From the IMG/VR virus record IMGVR_UViG_3300044621_002455: a DNA stretch of 64,000 nt; one strand, given 5' to 3'. This stretch comes from an uncultured virus (IMG/VR IMGVR_UViG_3300044621_002455) (Duplodnaviria; Heunggongvirae; Uroviricota; Caudoviricetes). Positions 17,287 to 25,739 of this stretch are shown in pieces (position 1 is the stretch's first letter; every line of letters starts with the position of its first letter). Made by a program: the position numbers and the translations under genes. The notes under the pieces were generated by a model that was given only the letters and a program-made list of their open reading frames with translations, made no database searches and was not told the origin of the DNA.

Positions 17287-18231
17287 ATGTGGCCTTCAAA
17301 TCGGGCTTTCTGGGATGAATGTTTCCAGACGGCCCGTAAATATGGTGCTCGCTATCCTGAGCTTGTGGCAGCACAATGCTGCCTAGAGAGTGGCTTTGGT
17401 AAGCACACGTCTGGTAAAAATAATTTTCTGGGACTCAAGGGGAGCGGCACTACTACTAGCACGCAAGAATTTTACGATGGTCAGTGGGTGACTATCAAAG
17501 CTGGTTTTATTGATTTTCCTAGCCTTGCTGCTTGCATTGAATACTTAGTCACGCGCTGGTATAAAGACTATCGTCATTTCAAGGGCATTAACAATGCGCC
17601 TAATCGTTACGCAGCAGCTCGCATGCTTAAAGAGCAAAGCTATGCCACTGATCCAGCGTATCCAGCAAAGCTGTCTAAGCTCATGAAAGAATACGCTCCC
17701 GAGAGCACTGTTGTTACTATGATCGGCCCCAAGAAACGCCCGCAAGATTTTGGCTTTAAGAAAGGCGATTCGCATTTGATTGTGAATGATGCCGTGGAAA
17801 CCATGAAAGCTTTCTCTTTTGAAGGGAAGCTTCTATGGGAAATCCCTTGTCTTGCTCGCGGACAATATAGTGATTTTGAATGGAAGATCACAAATTCTGA
17901 CTGTCCGCCTGGTCTGTACAAACTGGGAGCGATTTACAAAGATTACGAGCGCGTCGGTGAAAATCCTGCTTACGACCGAACATTAATGGCGTACGGCTGG
18001 TACACCTTCGATATGATTGAACTGGAGAATCAAGAGGCCAAGTACGGACGGGCTGGAATTTGCCTCCACGGAGGCGGAAGCGCGAATGGATGGCCTGGCG
18101 CATGGGCACCAAAACAGCCTCTAGTGCCAACTCATGGCTGCTGCCGTGCATTTAACATTGATCTTCGTGACAAAATATTGCCGCTAACCAAGGCTGGCAC
18201 TGTATATATTAGTGTCTTCCAAGAGGGCTAA
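17287..18231 (+). CDS. endolysin: GH73 glucosaminidase plus YkuD/L,D-transpeptidase-like domain
   Basis: AAQCCLESGFG..NNFLGLKG..YATDPAY (GH73); C-terminal PPGLY...ICLHGGG...THGCCR (YkuD His/Cys motif). Confidence 0.85.
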   Translation: MWPSNRAFWDECFQTARKYGARYPELVAAQCCLESGFGKHTSGKNNFLGLKGSGTTTSTQEFYDGQWVTIKAGFIDFPSLAACIEYLVTRWYKDYRHFKGINNAPNRYAAARMLKEQSYATDPAYPAKLSKLMKEYAPESTVVTMIGPKKRPQDFGFKKGDSHLIVNDAVETMKAFSFEGKLLWEIPCLARGQYSDFEWKITNSDCPPGLYKLGAIYKDYERVGENPAYDRTLMAYGWYTFDMIELENQEAKYGRAGICLHGGGSANGWPGAWAPKQPLVPTHGCCRAFNIDLRDKILPLTKAGTVYISVFQEG

Positions 18232-18255
18232 TCATTCGCCATTCGCAAATAGCAA

Positions 18256-18660
18256 ATGAACTGGCAATCTTGGTTTAATGCTCTCTGCTACGAACTAGGC
18301 TTATGGGCCGCTTCAAAATGGCCTTCCCTTGCTCTTCAGCCATGGTTCAAGCAACTAATGGCTTGGTGCAGGCCTGATTGGGCAGAATGGCGCACTCAAA
18401 CAACGCTTAAGGCTGTTGATAAACAAGCTGCAGCCTTGTCGGAACAATGGAAGAGGGAGCATAATGAGCGCGTTGCGGAAGAACTGTCTCGCAAAGCGCA
18501 AGAGCTGTTCCCAGCATCAAAAATATCCCCACTACCCCACGCAATAGTTCCATCAGTGCTCATTGAAACAGCCCCGCCAGATGATGCTAGCGAGGCTGTC
18601 AAAGCCCTCGGAGGAGAACTAAGGATTACATATCGTTTGCCAGACCAAGGAGCGCCCTGA
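18256..18660 (+). CDS. hypothetical protein
   Basis: 134-aa ORF after the lysin. Confidence 0.6.
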   Translation: MNWQSWFNALCYELGLWAASKWPSLALQPWFKQLMAWCRPDWAEWRTQTTLKAVDKQAAALSEQWKREHNERVAEELSRKAQELFPASKISPLPHAIVPSVLIETAPPDDASEAVKALGGELRITYRLPDQGAP

Positions 18661-18838
18661 GACGCTTCCATTTGGCAAGCTCCTTTTCGTGATAATCTTC
18701 CCAAGAAGCAATGGTTTCACTGAGAGCCTTGCATGCCATTGTCGGATCGTCGTCCGTTAGCAGCTCAGCAAGAATGTCGGAAAGATGCTCAGTCTGCTGC
18801 TTGTACCATTGCCCTTCTGCGATAAAAGGAAATGCCAT
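18626..18838 (-). CDS. hypothetical protein
   Basis: 70 aa, with its own TATGCT -10 at 18863-18868. Confidence 0.55.
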   Translation of the reverse strand: MAFPFIAEGQWYKQQTEHLSDILAELLTDDDPTMACKALSETIASWEDYHEKELAKWKRLRALLGLANDM

Positions 18839-18871
18839 GAGAAAGGGGCATATTGCCGCCTAAGCATAGCT

Positions 18872-19684
18872 TCAATATGACCCGCCGTCGATAGTGGAAT
18901 CAACAATAGTAACACCGCTAAGCGTTACGCCAGAAATGGTTCCGCCAGTAATAGTGACGCCGCTAGCTGCTTGCAAAGCGATTGTGCCAAGCTCCAAGGC
19001 GGTGCGTGCGCCAGAAGCAGTGGTTGCGCCAGTGCCGCCATAAGCAAGGCCAACTGTAGTGCCTTGCCAAACGCCAGTGGAAATAGTTCCAACGCTTGTC
19101 AAGCTAGAAGAGTTAATTCCAGAACCAAGAGCGCTACCGCTTAATACAGACGTACCATTGATATAAAAGGCTTTACCACTAGCGAGATCAATGTGCTCGC
19201 TACTTGTCCAAGCGTCAGAACTATTTAACCAGCTAAAAGTTTTATCAGTGTCGCCTTTCAGCGTGATGCCACCACCATCGGCGCTAGTGTCAGACGGCGA
19301 TGCAGTGGAGCCAAGCTCTAAATTCTTATCGTCAACTGTAATAGTTGTGCTATTAACAGTGGTGGTGGTCCCATTAACTGTAAGATTACCACCAATAGTG
19401 ACACTGCTGGTTGTAGTAATTGTTGAAATAGTGGCGGCGCTTAAATCAACCGTGCCTGTGAAAGTTTTATTTCCACTAATTGTTTGAGCACCAGTTAAAT
19501 TAACGAACGCTCCCTTGCCGCCAATAGCCTCAATAGTGGTTGCGCTTCCATCTTGCCCGCCAGTACCTTTGCCGTAATAAAGCGTATCATCCACTTCATT
19601 GAAGGCTAATTCCGCATTAGCCAAGCTTGTCGGAGCGCCAGCATTACCACTTGCACGACGCTTAATCCGTAAAGTATTGGCCAT
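18872..19684 (-). CDS. tail fibre/virion structural protein
   Basis: N-terminal IKRR..G.APTSLANAELAFNE.D..LYYG domain, Thr/Ser/Gly-rich body, C-terminal IDGGSY. Confidence 0.75.
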   Translation of the reverse strand: MANTLRIKRRASGNAGAPTSLANAELAFNEVDDTLYYGKGTGGQDGSATTIEAIGGKGAFVNLTGAQTISGNKTFTGTVDLSAATISTITTTSSVTIGGNLTVNGTTTTVNSTTITVDDKNLELGSTASPSDTSADGGGITLKGDTDKTFSWLNSSDAWTSSEHIDLASGKAFYINGTSVLSGSALGSGINSSSLTSVGTISTGVWQGTTVGLAYGGTGATTASGARTALELGTIALQAASGVTITGGTISGVTLSGVTIVDSTIDGGSY

Positions 19685-20321
19685 TAGAAATTGCCCCCAT
19701 CAGTGAGTAGAGTTTTTGTTACAGAAGCGTCCGCCTTAAATTTTGCAGATGCTGCATCGTAATAAACTACGCTTCCATCAATTTTAGCGGTTTCATCTAA
19801 ATTGATTCCTTTTTCTCCTTGAGGACCAATCACGCCCTGTGGTCCTTCGCCAAAGAATTGAAGAATAGGCGATGGTGGAGAAGCCGTTACTGCTATTGCA
19901 TTGCTTTGTTCATTGACAACAATGACAAAGCTTTCAGCTTCTGCAATCGAGATGACAGACGTGGATTGTTGTATGGCAACTGTCATTTGAAGCTCAGGCC
20001 AAGATTTACAAACGCATTACCTTCTACCAAATAATATGCACTATTGTCAGGCTCTGTTACTAGCACGTCGTATTGCCCCTGTTGAGTGATGCCGCTAGTT
20101 CCAGAGGCTTCCAGTCGAATCTTGAAGACGCCACTCGCTTGATTAACATAGGATACGGCAAAGTCAGCAAGTTTAGTATTGCCAAGGCGATCATATAATT
20201 TAGACGCCACTGTGTACCCGCTCATGTTGACGGGCACCCCAGAAGCGTCTTTATATTGCAACTGCAGCTCAAACGTTGCGCCTTGATAAATCGTAATATC
20301 GTACTGACTTGGCGTAATCAT
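19684..20321 (-). CDS. two small virion proteins (19684-19986; 19983-20321 BppU-like)
   Basis: Collagen-like GPQG and DGGNF end; DITIYQGATF...PVNMSGYT...YDVLVT. Confidence 0.65.
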
Positions 20322-20350
20322 GACGAGCGTTTTCTTTTATTGTAAGCGAA

Positions 20351-21574
20351 TTAGGTGATTTCCACCCAGCCGATCATGCCAAGAGCTTTAGCGCTAGTGG
20401 CACTGTCGACGGTCAAGATGAGAGCGTCGCTTTCGCCAGAAGCATTTTGCCCCAAGGCAAGACGAATGGCCACTGCAATGTCGTAATTATTCGCACTGCC
20501 TTGACTGACAAAACCTGCGTCAACCACTGTACCACCTGTCGCAGTGCCACTAGTTGTCACTTCCACATTGCCCCTTTGATTGTCCGCAGCACTCCACGTC
20601 ACTCCACTAAGCGTTGGATTTAAACGCAAACGCCACAACACCACATCACTAGAAGCAGTGGCAGTGGAAATCCTCACGGGAAGAATGACATTACCAGTGC
20701 GACCACTTGCCATGCGAATACCAGCAGTGATGCGCTCCCCCGATGTGTTTGGAACAGAATTCAAATCGTGATTCACTGAATACACGGCGCCATCTGGCTC
20801 ATATCCCCCCTCGCTAAGAATGCTGCTGCAAATTTGCTTCATAGTTCTCCCTGAAGCTTGAGCAGAAGCATTTTGAATGCGATAGGACAATGGCAAAATA
20901 GCCGTTGTCATATATGCGCTAGTTAATGTGTTGTAATGATTAAATTCATGACAATAAATAATCTCGCCGTTAATTACGAAGCCAGTCCTCACTCGTCCCA
21001 CGCCAAGCCATTCAAGATCGGCAGTAAAAATCTGAGCTTTAGAGAAATCGAGAGAATCAAGAGTGTTAATGTTCCACGCTGATTGATCAACCACGTTTTC
21101 AACAACTGCGCCAGACGTGAAGCTTCTGATGACCATTTGCAACGTAGTACCACTTGCCCTAATCATCACTCCATTCTGATCATCAAAAAAGCCCACTTCT
21201 TGAATGAGACCAGAGACGGGAGTGGTGCCAGCAAAGCTTTGCATGATCATCATGCTCTTTCCTGGTTGGTACGGGAAGTATTGCTTAGTTCTACGCAGCA
21301 CTGTATCTCCAGACGCAGTGGTAGTCGTCAAAGCAGTGCTGCTTTCGTTTGTCAAATACGTGACCACGCCTCCATTGGAAATACGATCAAACCATTGGTC
21401 GGCACGCTTGTTGTAACGCATCGTGCTATCAAAAAGCGTATAGGGAGCGCTCGTGCGAGCACGCCCAAAAGCATCAACTGCTCCACTATCAGGGCCTGTC
21501 TTTAAAATCTGCCCGCGATAATCAGCTTCAATATGAGTTTCAAACTGCTCGCCGCCTCTAATTACTTGTCCCAT
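20351..21574 (-). CDS. virion structural protein
   Basis: 407 aa, DAFGRAR..P.TLFDS, YQPGKS and D.EWLGVGRVR.GF motifs typical of cyanophage virion proteins. Confidence 0.7.
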   Translation of the reverse strand: MGQVIRGGEQFETHIEADYRGQILKTGPDSGAVDAFGRARTSAPYTLFDSTMRYNKRADQWFDRISNGGVVTYLTNESSTALTTTTASGDTVLRRTKQYFPYQPGKSMMIMQSFAGTTPVSGLIQEVGFFDDQNGVMIRASGTTLQMVIRSFTSGAVVENVVDQSAWNINTLDSLDFSKAQIFTADLEWLGVGRVRTGFVINGEIIYCHEFNHYNTLTSAYMTTAILPLSYRIQNASAQASGRTMKQICSSILSEGGYEPDGAVYSVNHDLNSVPNTSGERITAGIRMASGRTGNVILPVRISTATASSDVVLWRLRLNPTLSGVTWSAADNQRGNVEVTTSGTATGGTVVDAGFVSQGSANNYDIAVAIRLALGQNASGESDALILTVDSATSAKALGMIGWVEIT

Positions 21575-21612
21575 GGAAAAGAATGCTTTCTTTCATTGTA
21601 CTAGCAAAAGAA

Positions 21613-21632
21613 AAGAGGCCTTTCGGCCTCTT
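21613..21632. terminator. intrinsic terminator
   Basis: AAGAGGCC-TTTC-GGCCTCTT, with a U-tract on the minus strand. Confidence 0.65.
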
Positions 21633-21634
21633 GA

Positions 21635-21766
21635 TTACTTGCCCTGTCCTCGCGAAAGCTTTCGTCCGTGAGAAGCTTTGCTATTCGCTCCATTGCCTTG
21701 GCGCGTCTTCTTGCGACGATTAGGAGAATGAAGCTTTTGCCCGTTAATGGTTTTGCTTGATGCCAT
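21635..21766 (-). CDS. small basic protein (43 aa, RGQGK end)
   Basis: MASSKTINGQK...KKTRQGNG..SK...RKLSRGQGK. Confidence 0.6.
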   Translation of the reverse strand: MASSKTINGQKLHSPNRRKKTRQGNGANSKASHGRKLSRGQGK

Positions 21767-22077
21767 CAGGACCAGGGCAGGCCAGTGCCAGTGGTGGGAG
21801 TGCGCTGTTGTTCGATTTGTGCGGCGAGGGCGGCTTCAATTTCTGCCACTTTCTCATCGCCAAACTTTTCCTTCACCCAGCCAGTGACAATTTCAGGCGT
21901 GAGTTGCGCATAGGGAATGGCTTGATCCTCTTCAGGGGCCTCAAGGCCAAGACTGCCATAGGCCGAACTGGCATAAGTGCCATCATCGGCGGAAATTGTA
22001 TAGTGAACCGTGTAGACAATGCCGTCAGAGAGCTGCCTCTCAAGCTGGGAAACGCCCCAATCGTAGGTGATCGCCAT
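21766..22077 (-). CDS. tail-fibre-associated protein
   Basis: YDW.V.QLER...DG.VYTVHY...YGS.GL...IPYAQLT.E.V.GWV...GLPW. Confidence 0.7.
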   Translation of the reverse strand: MAITYDWGVSQLERQLSDGIVYTVHYTISADDGTYASSAYGSLGLEAPEEDQAIPYAQLTPEIVTGWVKEKFGDEKVAEIEAALAAQIEQQRTPTTGTGLPWS

Positions 22078-22143
22078 GATTAAAAAGAATGGTCTTCGTT
22101 AGTTTAACAATGGAAAAGAAAGCGGCTTCTTCGGGAAACCGCC

Positions 22144-22998
22144 TCAAAGCACTGGCATCTCGTATTCTTGCGTACTATTGCAATAGTGCTTGAAAATCAC
22201 TTCGCTTGTATTGCCCGCCCAGTTGGCCACTTGTGGCACGGGAATGCCAGCCTCGATCCAGCGGCTGATAGCAGTGTGGCGACAATCATATGGCCTGTAA
22301 ACGTGAGAAATTAACCCTGCTTCATGCAAAGGCGAAAGCTTTTTCCTGAAATAGCTTTGAAAGGCAAGCCGATTCCATGGAAAAATAAAATCGTTTTCGC
22401 GAGGAAGTTCGGCAAGAATCTCTTGGCAACGAGCATTAATAGGCACCCAGCGGCGCTTGTTGGTTTTCGTGCTATTCTTTAGGCCATGCGTAAGCGTATA
22501 GTTTTGATGCACTAAAAGCTTGTTTTCCTTGATATCGTCCCATTTCGCCGCCCTCACTTCGCCAGTGCGCATTGCAGTTTGCAACATAAATTCCGTATAC
22601 CAAGACCAATTAACATCGCGATAAGTGAGCTTCGCTTCTAATGCGGCAAGGACCAAGCCAGTTTCATTTCGAGGGATGACAACGATTTCCTCTTCGCGTT
22701 GAGGTGCCTTTGGCATTTTGAAGCTTGCCAATGGATTGCGAGCAACGATTGCCACGTCTTCTTGCGCTGCCCATTTGTACATAGTCTTGATGTACATAGC
22801 AACGCGCCTTGACGTGAGCACTGGTTTTTCTCCCAATGCCCAGATCATTACTTTCCTGGCTTCGTCAATGTCTTGAATAGGACAGCGCTCCAGCCATTTG
22901 CTAACTTGCTTATAGTCTGAAGTGAGACTAGTTGGACATAAAGAAATGGAGCGCTCTTCGACGAAGGCGCTCCAGAGGCTTGAGACAGTGGTGGTCAT
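22144..22998 (-). CDS. tyrosine recombinase (core-binding plus catalytic domain, no arm-binding domain)
   Basis: Catalytic R in TAMRTGE, K in STKTNK, RPYDCRHT, WAGNT and the Tyr nucleophile in FKHY. Confidence 0.9.
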   Translation of the reverse strand: MTTTVSSLWSAFVEERSISLCPTSLTSDYKQVSKWLERCPIQDIDEARKVMIWALGEKPVLTSRRVAMYIKTMYKWAAQEDVAIVARNPLASFKMPKAPQREEEIVVIPRNETGLVLAALEAKLTYRDVNWSWYTEFMLQTAMRTGEVRAAKWDDIKENKLLVHQNYTLTHGLKNSTKTNKRRWVPINARCQEILAELPRENDFIFPWNRLAFQSYFRKKLSPLHEAGLISHVYRPYDCRHTAISRWIEAGIPVPQVANWAGNTSEVIFKHYCNSTQEYEMPVL

Positions 22999-23019
22999 GC
23001 TGGTCTTAAGAGGAGACTC

Positions 23020-23048
23020 AAGTTACCAGCTTTGCAAGGCCTTGTCAA
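23020..23048 (-). promoter_or_regulatory. sigma70 promoter of the recombinase
   Basis: TTGACA (23043-23048)-17 nt-TAACTT (23020-23025). Confidence 0.7.
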
Positions 23049-23059
23049 GTCAAAGACTT

Positions 23060-23206
23060 CTAGCTGTCAGCAAGGCGCTTCATCCCTTCATGGTTGTTGT
23101 CGTAAAGACGTTTCAACGCAGCATTGGCTTTTCTGATGGCTTCCGTTTCACGCCGCACTTCTTCAATGCGGCGATCAAGCGGTTCTAACCAATCGTCGTC
23201 AGACAT
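23060..23206 (-). CDS. hypothetical 48-aa protein (putative cassette gene)
   Basis: MSDDDWLEPLDRRIEEVRRETEAIRKANAALKRL..., bounded by site-like motifs. Confidence 0.55.
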   Translation of the reverse strand: MSDDDWLEPLDRRIEEVRRETEAIRKANAALKRLYDNNHEGMKRLADS

Positions 23207-23220
23207 AGTAGAGCAAGTGT

Positions 23221-23538
23221 CTAGGAGTTTTGTTCGACCTTCATCTGGCCCAGCACTTCCTTCAACAAACGATGCACTTCGCCAGCGTCATCAACGAACT
23301 CGCCTTTGTAGTAGAAACCTTCTTCGGTGAAGCGGGCAATTTCCTTAAGGGGTTCGCCGATGCTGAAGGCGATGGTAGAAGGAGGCATGTTTCCACCAAC
23401 CTTGAGACCTTCGTGGGGCGCAACTACAAGTTTGTTTGATGGGGCCACGGATTTCCACGGTCCGTTACCGTCAATACGGGCATACTCCTCACCGTTTGAA
23501 CGGAAGACGAGATCGTTGCTGTAATCTTGTTCGGTCAT
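23221..23538 (-). CDS. hypothetical protein with a fibre-like motif (putative cassette gene)
   Basis: MTEQDYSNDLVFRSNGEEYARIDGNG...; the stop codon lies inside TAGA-N7-TCTA. Confidence 0.6.
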   Translation of the reverse strand: MTEQDYSNDLVFRSNGEEYARIDGNGPWKSVAPSNKLVVAPHEGLKVGGNMPPSTIAFSIGEPLKEIARFTEEGFYYKGEFVDDAGEVHRLLKEVLGQMKVEQNS

Positions 23539-23689
23539 GGTTTCCAGAGAACTGTGGCCAGGAGCGGGAGGTGCAAACTCGCCGCTCCACCACATTACAT
23601 CACGGTGCGCAAAAATAAGTCTGACTGACAAAAAACGTGCCAGCCAGACTTACGTTGCTCAAAAACAGTAACGAAGGGGACCTCTACTG

Positions 23690-25666
23690 CTAGGCGATAC
23701 CAGCATCAGTGAGACGCTGTTCCAGTTGCTCGATGCGCTCCATTGCTTCCTGCAGCGCCTTCACTGCCTTCATGTAGAGCACCGAGTAGTTGACGCTCTT
23801 GGTTACGGTGCCGAGGTCGTTGCCTTCTGCGTCGCGGTCAGGGGATTCGCTGACGAGACCAGGGGAGACGAGTTCAACCTCTTGGGCGATCAGACCGATT
23901 TGGGTGTGGGTCTGGCCTTCTTTGAAGTTGTAATTAACAACTCGGAGATCCTTCAGGTCATCCCATTGGGAGCTGGCATCAACGATGTTCTCCTTCAGTT
24001 TGATGTCGGAGATGGCGCCGTAGGAGTTGTTGGTGTTTTGAACGTTGCCGTTATACCTAACAATAAAACATCCAGTTCCAGTGCCAACCGCTGTAGCTGA
24101 ATGTTGTCCCTCAAAAATCGCACCACTTGAAGCCGCTGCTGCGCTTACGCTTACCGTGATGCCGTCAGATGTTGAGTACGCATATTGCGCCCCATCTTTA
24201 GTAATCCTCATCCGCTCCGTCGGAGAACTCGCCCCATCCGCAGTAGTGGAGAACACCAATCTCCCTGGAAGGTCACTTGCAGAAGAGACAGTCCCATCAG
24301 CAGCGCAATCAATAGCTGCAAATGTTGCGCCAGTATTATCTCCGAACGTAATCTGCCCAAGCGCACTTCCTGAACCAGTCGCTGCAGAACCACGCTGAAT
24401 AGAGATAATGCCGCCACCAGTTGCGTCGCCGTTATACCCTTGAGCAACAATTCTTGCGTACTGTCCCTGTCCTGTCGTAGGGCTAGAAGACGTACCAACT
24501 AAGAGCCTGCCGCTGGAGTCGATGCGGACGCGTTCAGCATCGGCAGTTTTGAAAACAATGGGACCAGATCCATAGTTGTTTAGGAATACGGATGTGCTTC
24601 CATCTTCGTAGCTCAAGAAAGCTTTGTCAGTACCGGTAGAACTTCTAAAACGAACAGCAGCGAATGAATCACTCCTTGATGTAATAACACCATTTACATC
24701 AAGTGCAGTCCCAGGGCTCGTGGTGCCCACCCCTAGGCGGCCTGAGGAGTCAATTCTTGCTCGCTCAGTTCCATCTACCTTAAATTGAATAAGACTATTG
24801 GCTTGTGTATTTGCCTCATCAGCTTGCAAAAGTAATGCGCCAGTGCTATCTGACGCAAGCGTGGCAATACCAAATCCAGGATATGTAAGATTTAATTTTG
24901 CCGATGTAGTTGTTGAAAGATCTAGTAGCGTGGCAGGTGAACTAGTCCCCACGCCTACGAGCCCTGCCGAGGTGATGCGCAGGCGTTCGGTGTCATTGGT
25001 GCCAAGAAGCAGTGGCCCGGCTTGGGTATTGTAGAAGGAAGTATCACTTGAATCTGAAAAAATGTAAGCCCTCCTGGTTCCACCCGCATCTAGGTTAATT
25101 AAAGAGCTAGATGAGCCATTCAGCTCAAGAATCTGGCGTCCCGCCGAAGGGGAATTAAAAGTTGAAGTACCAACCCCAACATTCCCACTCGCATCCACAA
25201 ACAACCTGCCAGACCCACCAGTGCTGATGGCTACTTGGTCTGCGCCGGGGGAGTACAGTCCAGAATTTGCGTCCCCGCTAAAAAATAGTCCTGGCGTGGA
25301 AGCGCTGCCTGCAATAATGCCCAGCGCTCCAGTCATCGTATCACCAGTGACGTTTACAAACTCACCAGCTTCACTGCGCCATGCGCTGCCGTCCCAAACT
25401 TTAAAAACGTAAGTGCCGCCACTCGTATCTAGCCATTGCTCGCCAAGACTATTGCCAGCAGTGCCGCCACTTGCGGGACTTGCATTAGGAACTCCACTGC
25501 CAACATGCACAGGCCCCACTTTCACCAGGCTTCCATTGCTGTCCTTGAAGAACATGCCGGGAGCACCACTTGCATAATTAATGGCCACTTGACCATCAAC
25601 CATGGAAGCAGGATTAGGACGCTTATCCAGCGTCGAGGAACGTAAATGCTGAAGAACGCCAGCCAT
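23690..25666 (-). CDS. modular tail fibre / receptor-binding protein with C-terminal Peptidase S74 chaperone
   Basis: Repeated ER.RI.S.G..GVGT..P modules; C-terminal SD.KLKENI...IGLIAQEVE...VNYS followed by a coiled coil. Confidence 0.9.
   Translation of the reverse strand: MAGVLQHLRSSTLDKRPNPASMVDGQVAINYASGAPGMFFKDSNGSLVKVGPVHVGSGVPNASPASGGTAGNSLGEQWLDTSGGTYVFKVWDGSAWRSEAGEFVNVTGDTMTGALGIIAGSASTPGLFFSGDANSGLYSPGADQVAISTGGSGRLFVDASGNVGVGTSTFNSPSAGRQILELNGSSSSLINLDAGGTRRAYIFSDSSDTSFYNTQAGPLLLGTNDTERLRITSAGLVGVGTSSPATLLDLSTTTSAKLNLTYPGFGIATLASDSTGALLLQADEANTQANSLIQFKVDGTERARIDSSGRLGVGTTSPGTALDVNGVITSRSDSFAAVRFRSSTGTDKAFLSYEDGSTSVFLNNYGSGPIVFKTADAERVRIDSSGRLLVGTSSSPTTGQGQYARIVAQGYNGDATGGGIISIQRGSAATGSGSALGQITFGDNTGATFAAIDCAADGTVSSASDLPGRLVFSTTADGASSPTERMRITKDGAQYAYSTSDGITVSVSAAAASSGAIFEGQHSATAVGTGTGCFIVRYNGNVQNTNNSYGAISDIKLKENIVDASSQWDDLKDLRVVNYNFKEGQTHTQIGLIAQEVELVSPGLVSESPDRDAEGNDLGTVTKSVNYSVLYMKAVKALQEAMERIEQLEQRLTDAGIA
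24244..25179. repeat. five in-frame putative recombinase core sites at tail-fibre module boundaries
   Basis: Coding strand TTGG-GGTTGGT-ACTT (25165-25179), TAGG-CGTGGGG-ACTA (24943-24957), TAGG-GGTGGGC-ACCA (24721-24735), TAGT-TGGTACG-TCTT (24487-24501), TGGT-GTTCTCC-ACTA (24244-24258). Confidence 0.55.
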
Positions 25667-25739
25667 AATTAAAAGCCTTTCGGAATTGCAGAAGACTAAT
25701 TAGTCTTTCGCAATTCTAAAAGGCTTTTATTTTTAATGA

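Noticed and set aside
22144..22998. Ordinary lysogeny integrase with attP
   Set aside because: No arm-binding domain and no adjacent repressor, excisionase or tRNA-derived att core; it is embedded among tail genes. Not formally excluded.
23050..25666. Invertible shufflon or diversity-generating retroelement for the fibre
   Set aside because: No inverted silent fibre C-termini, no reverse transcriptase and no TR/VR pair seen
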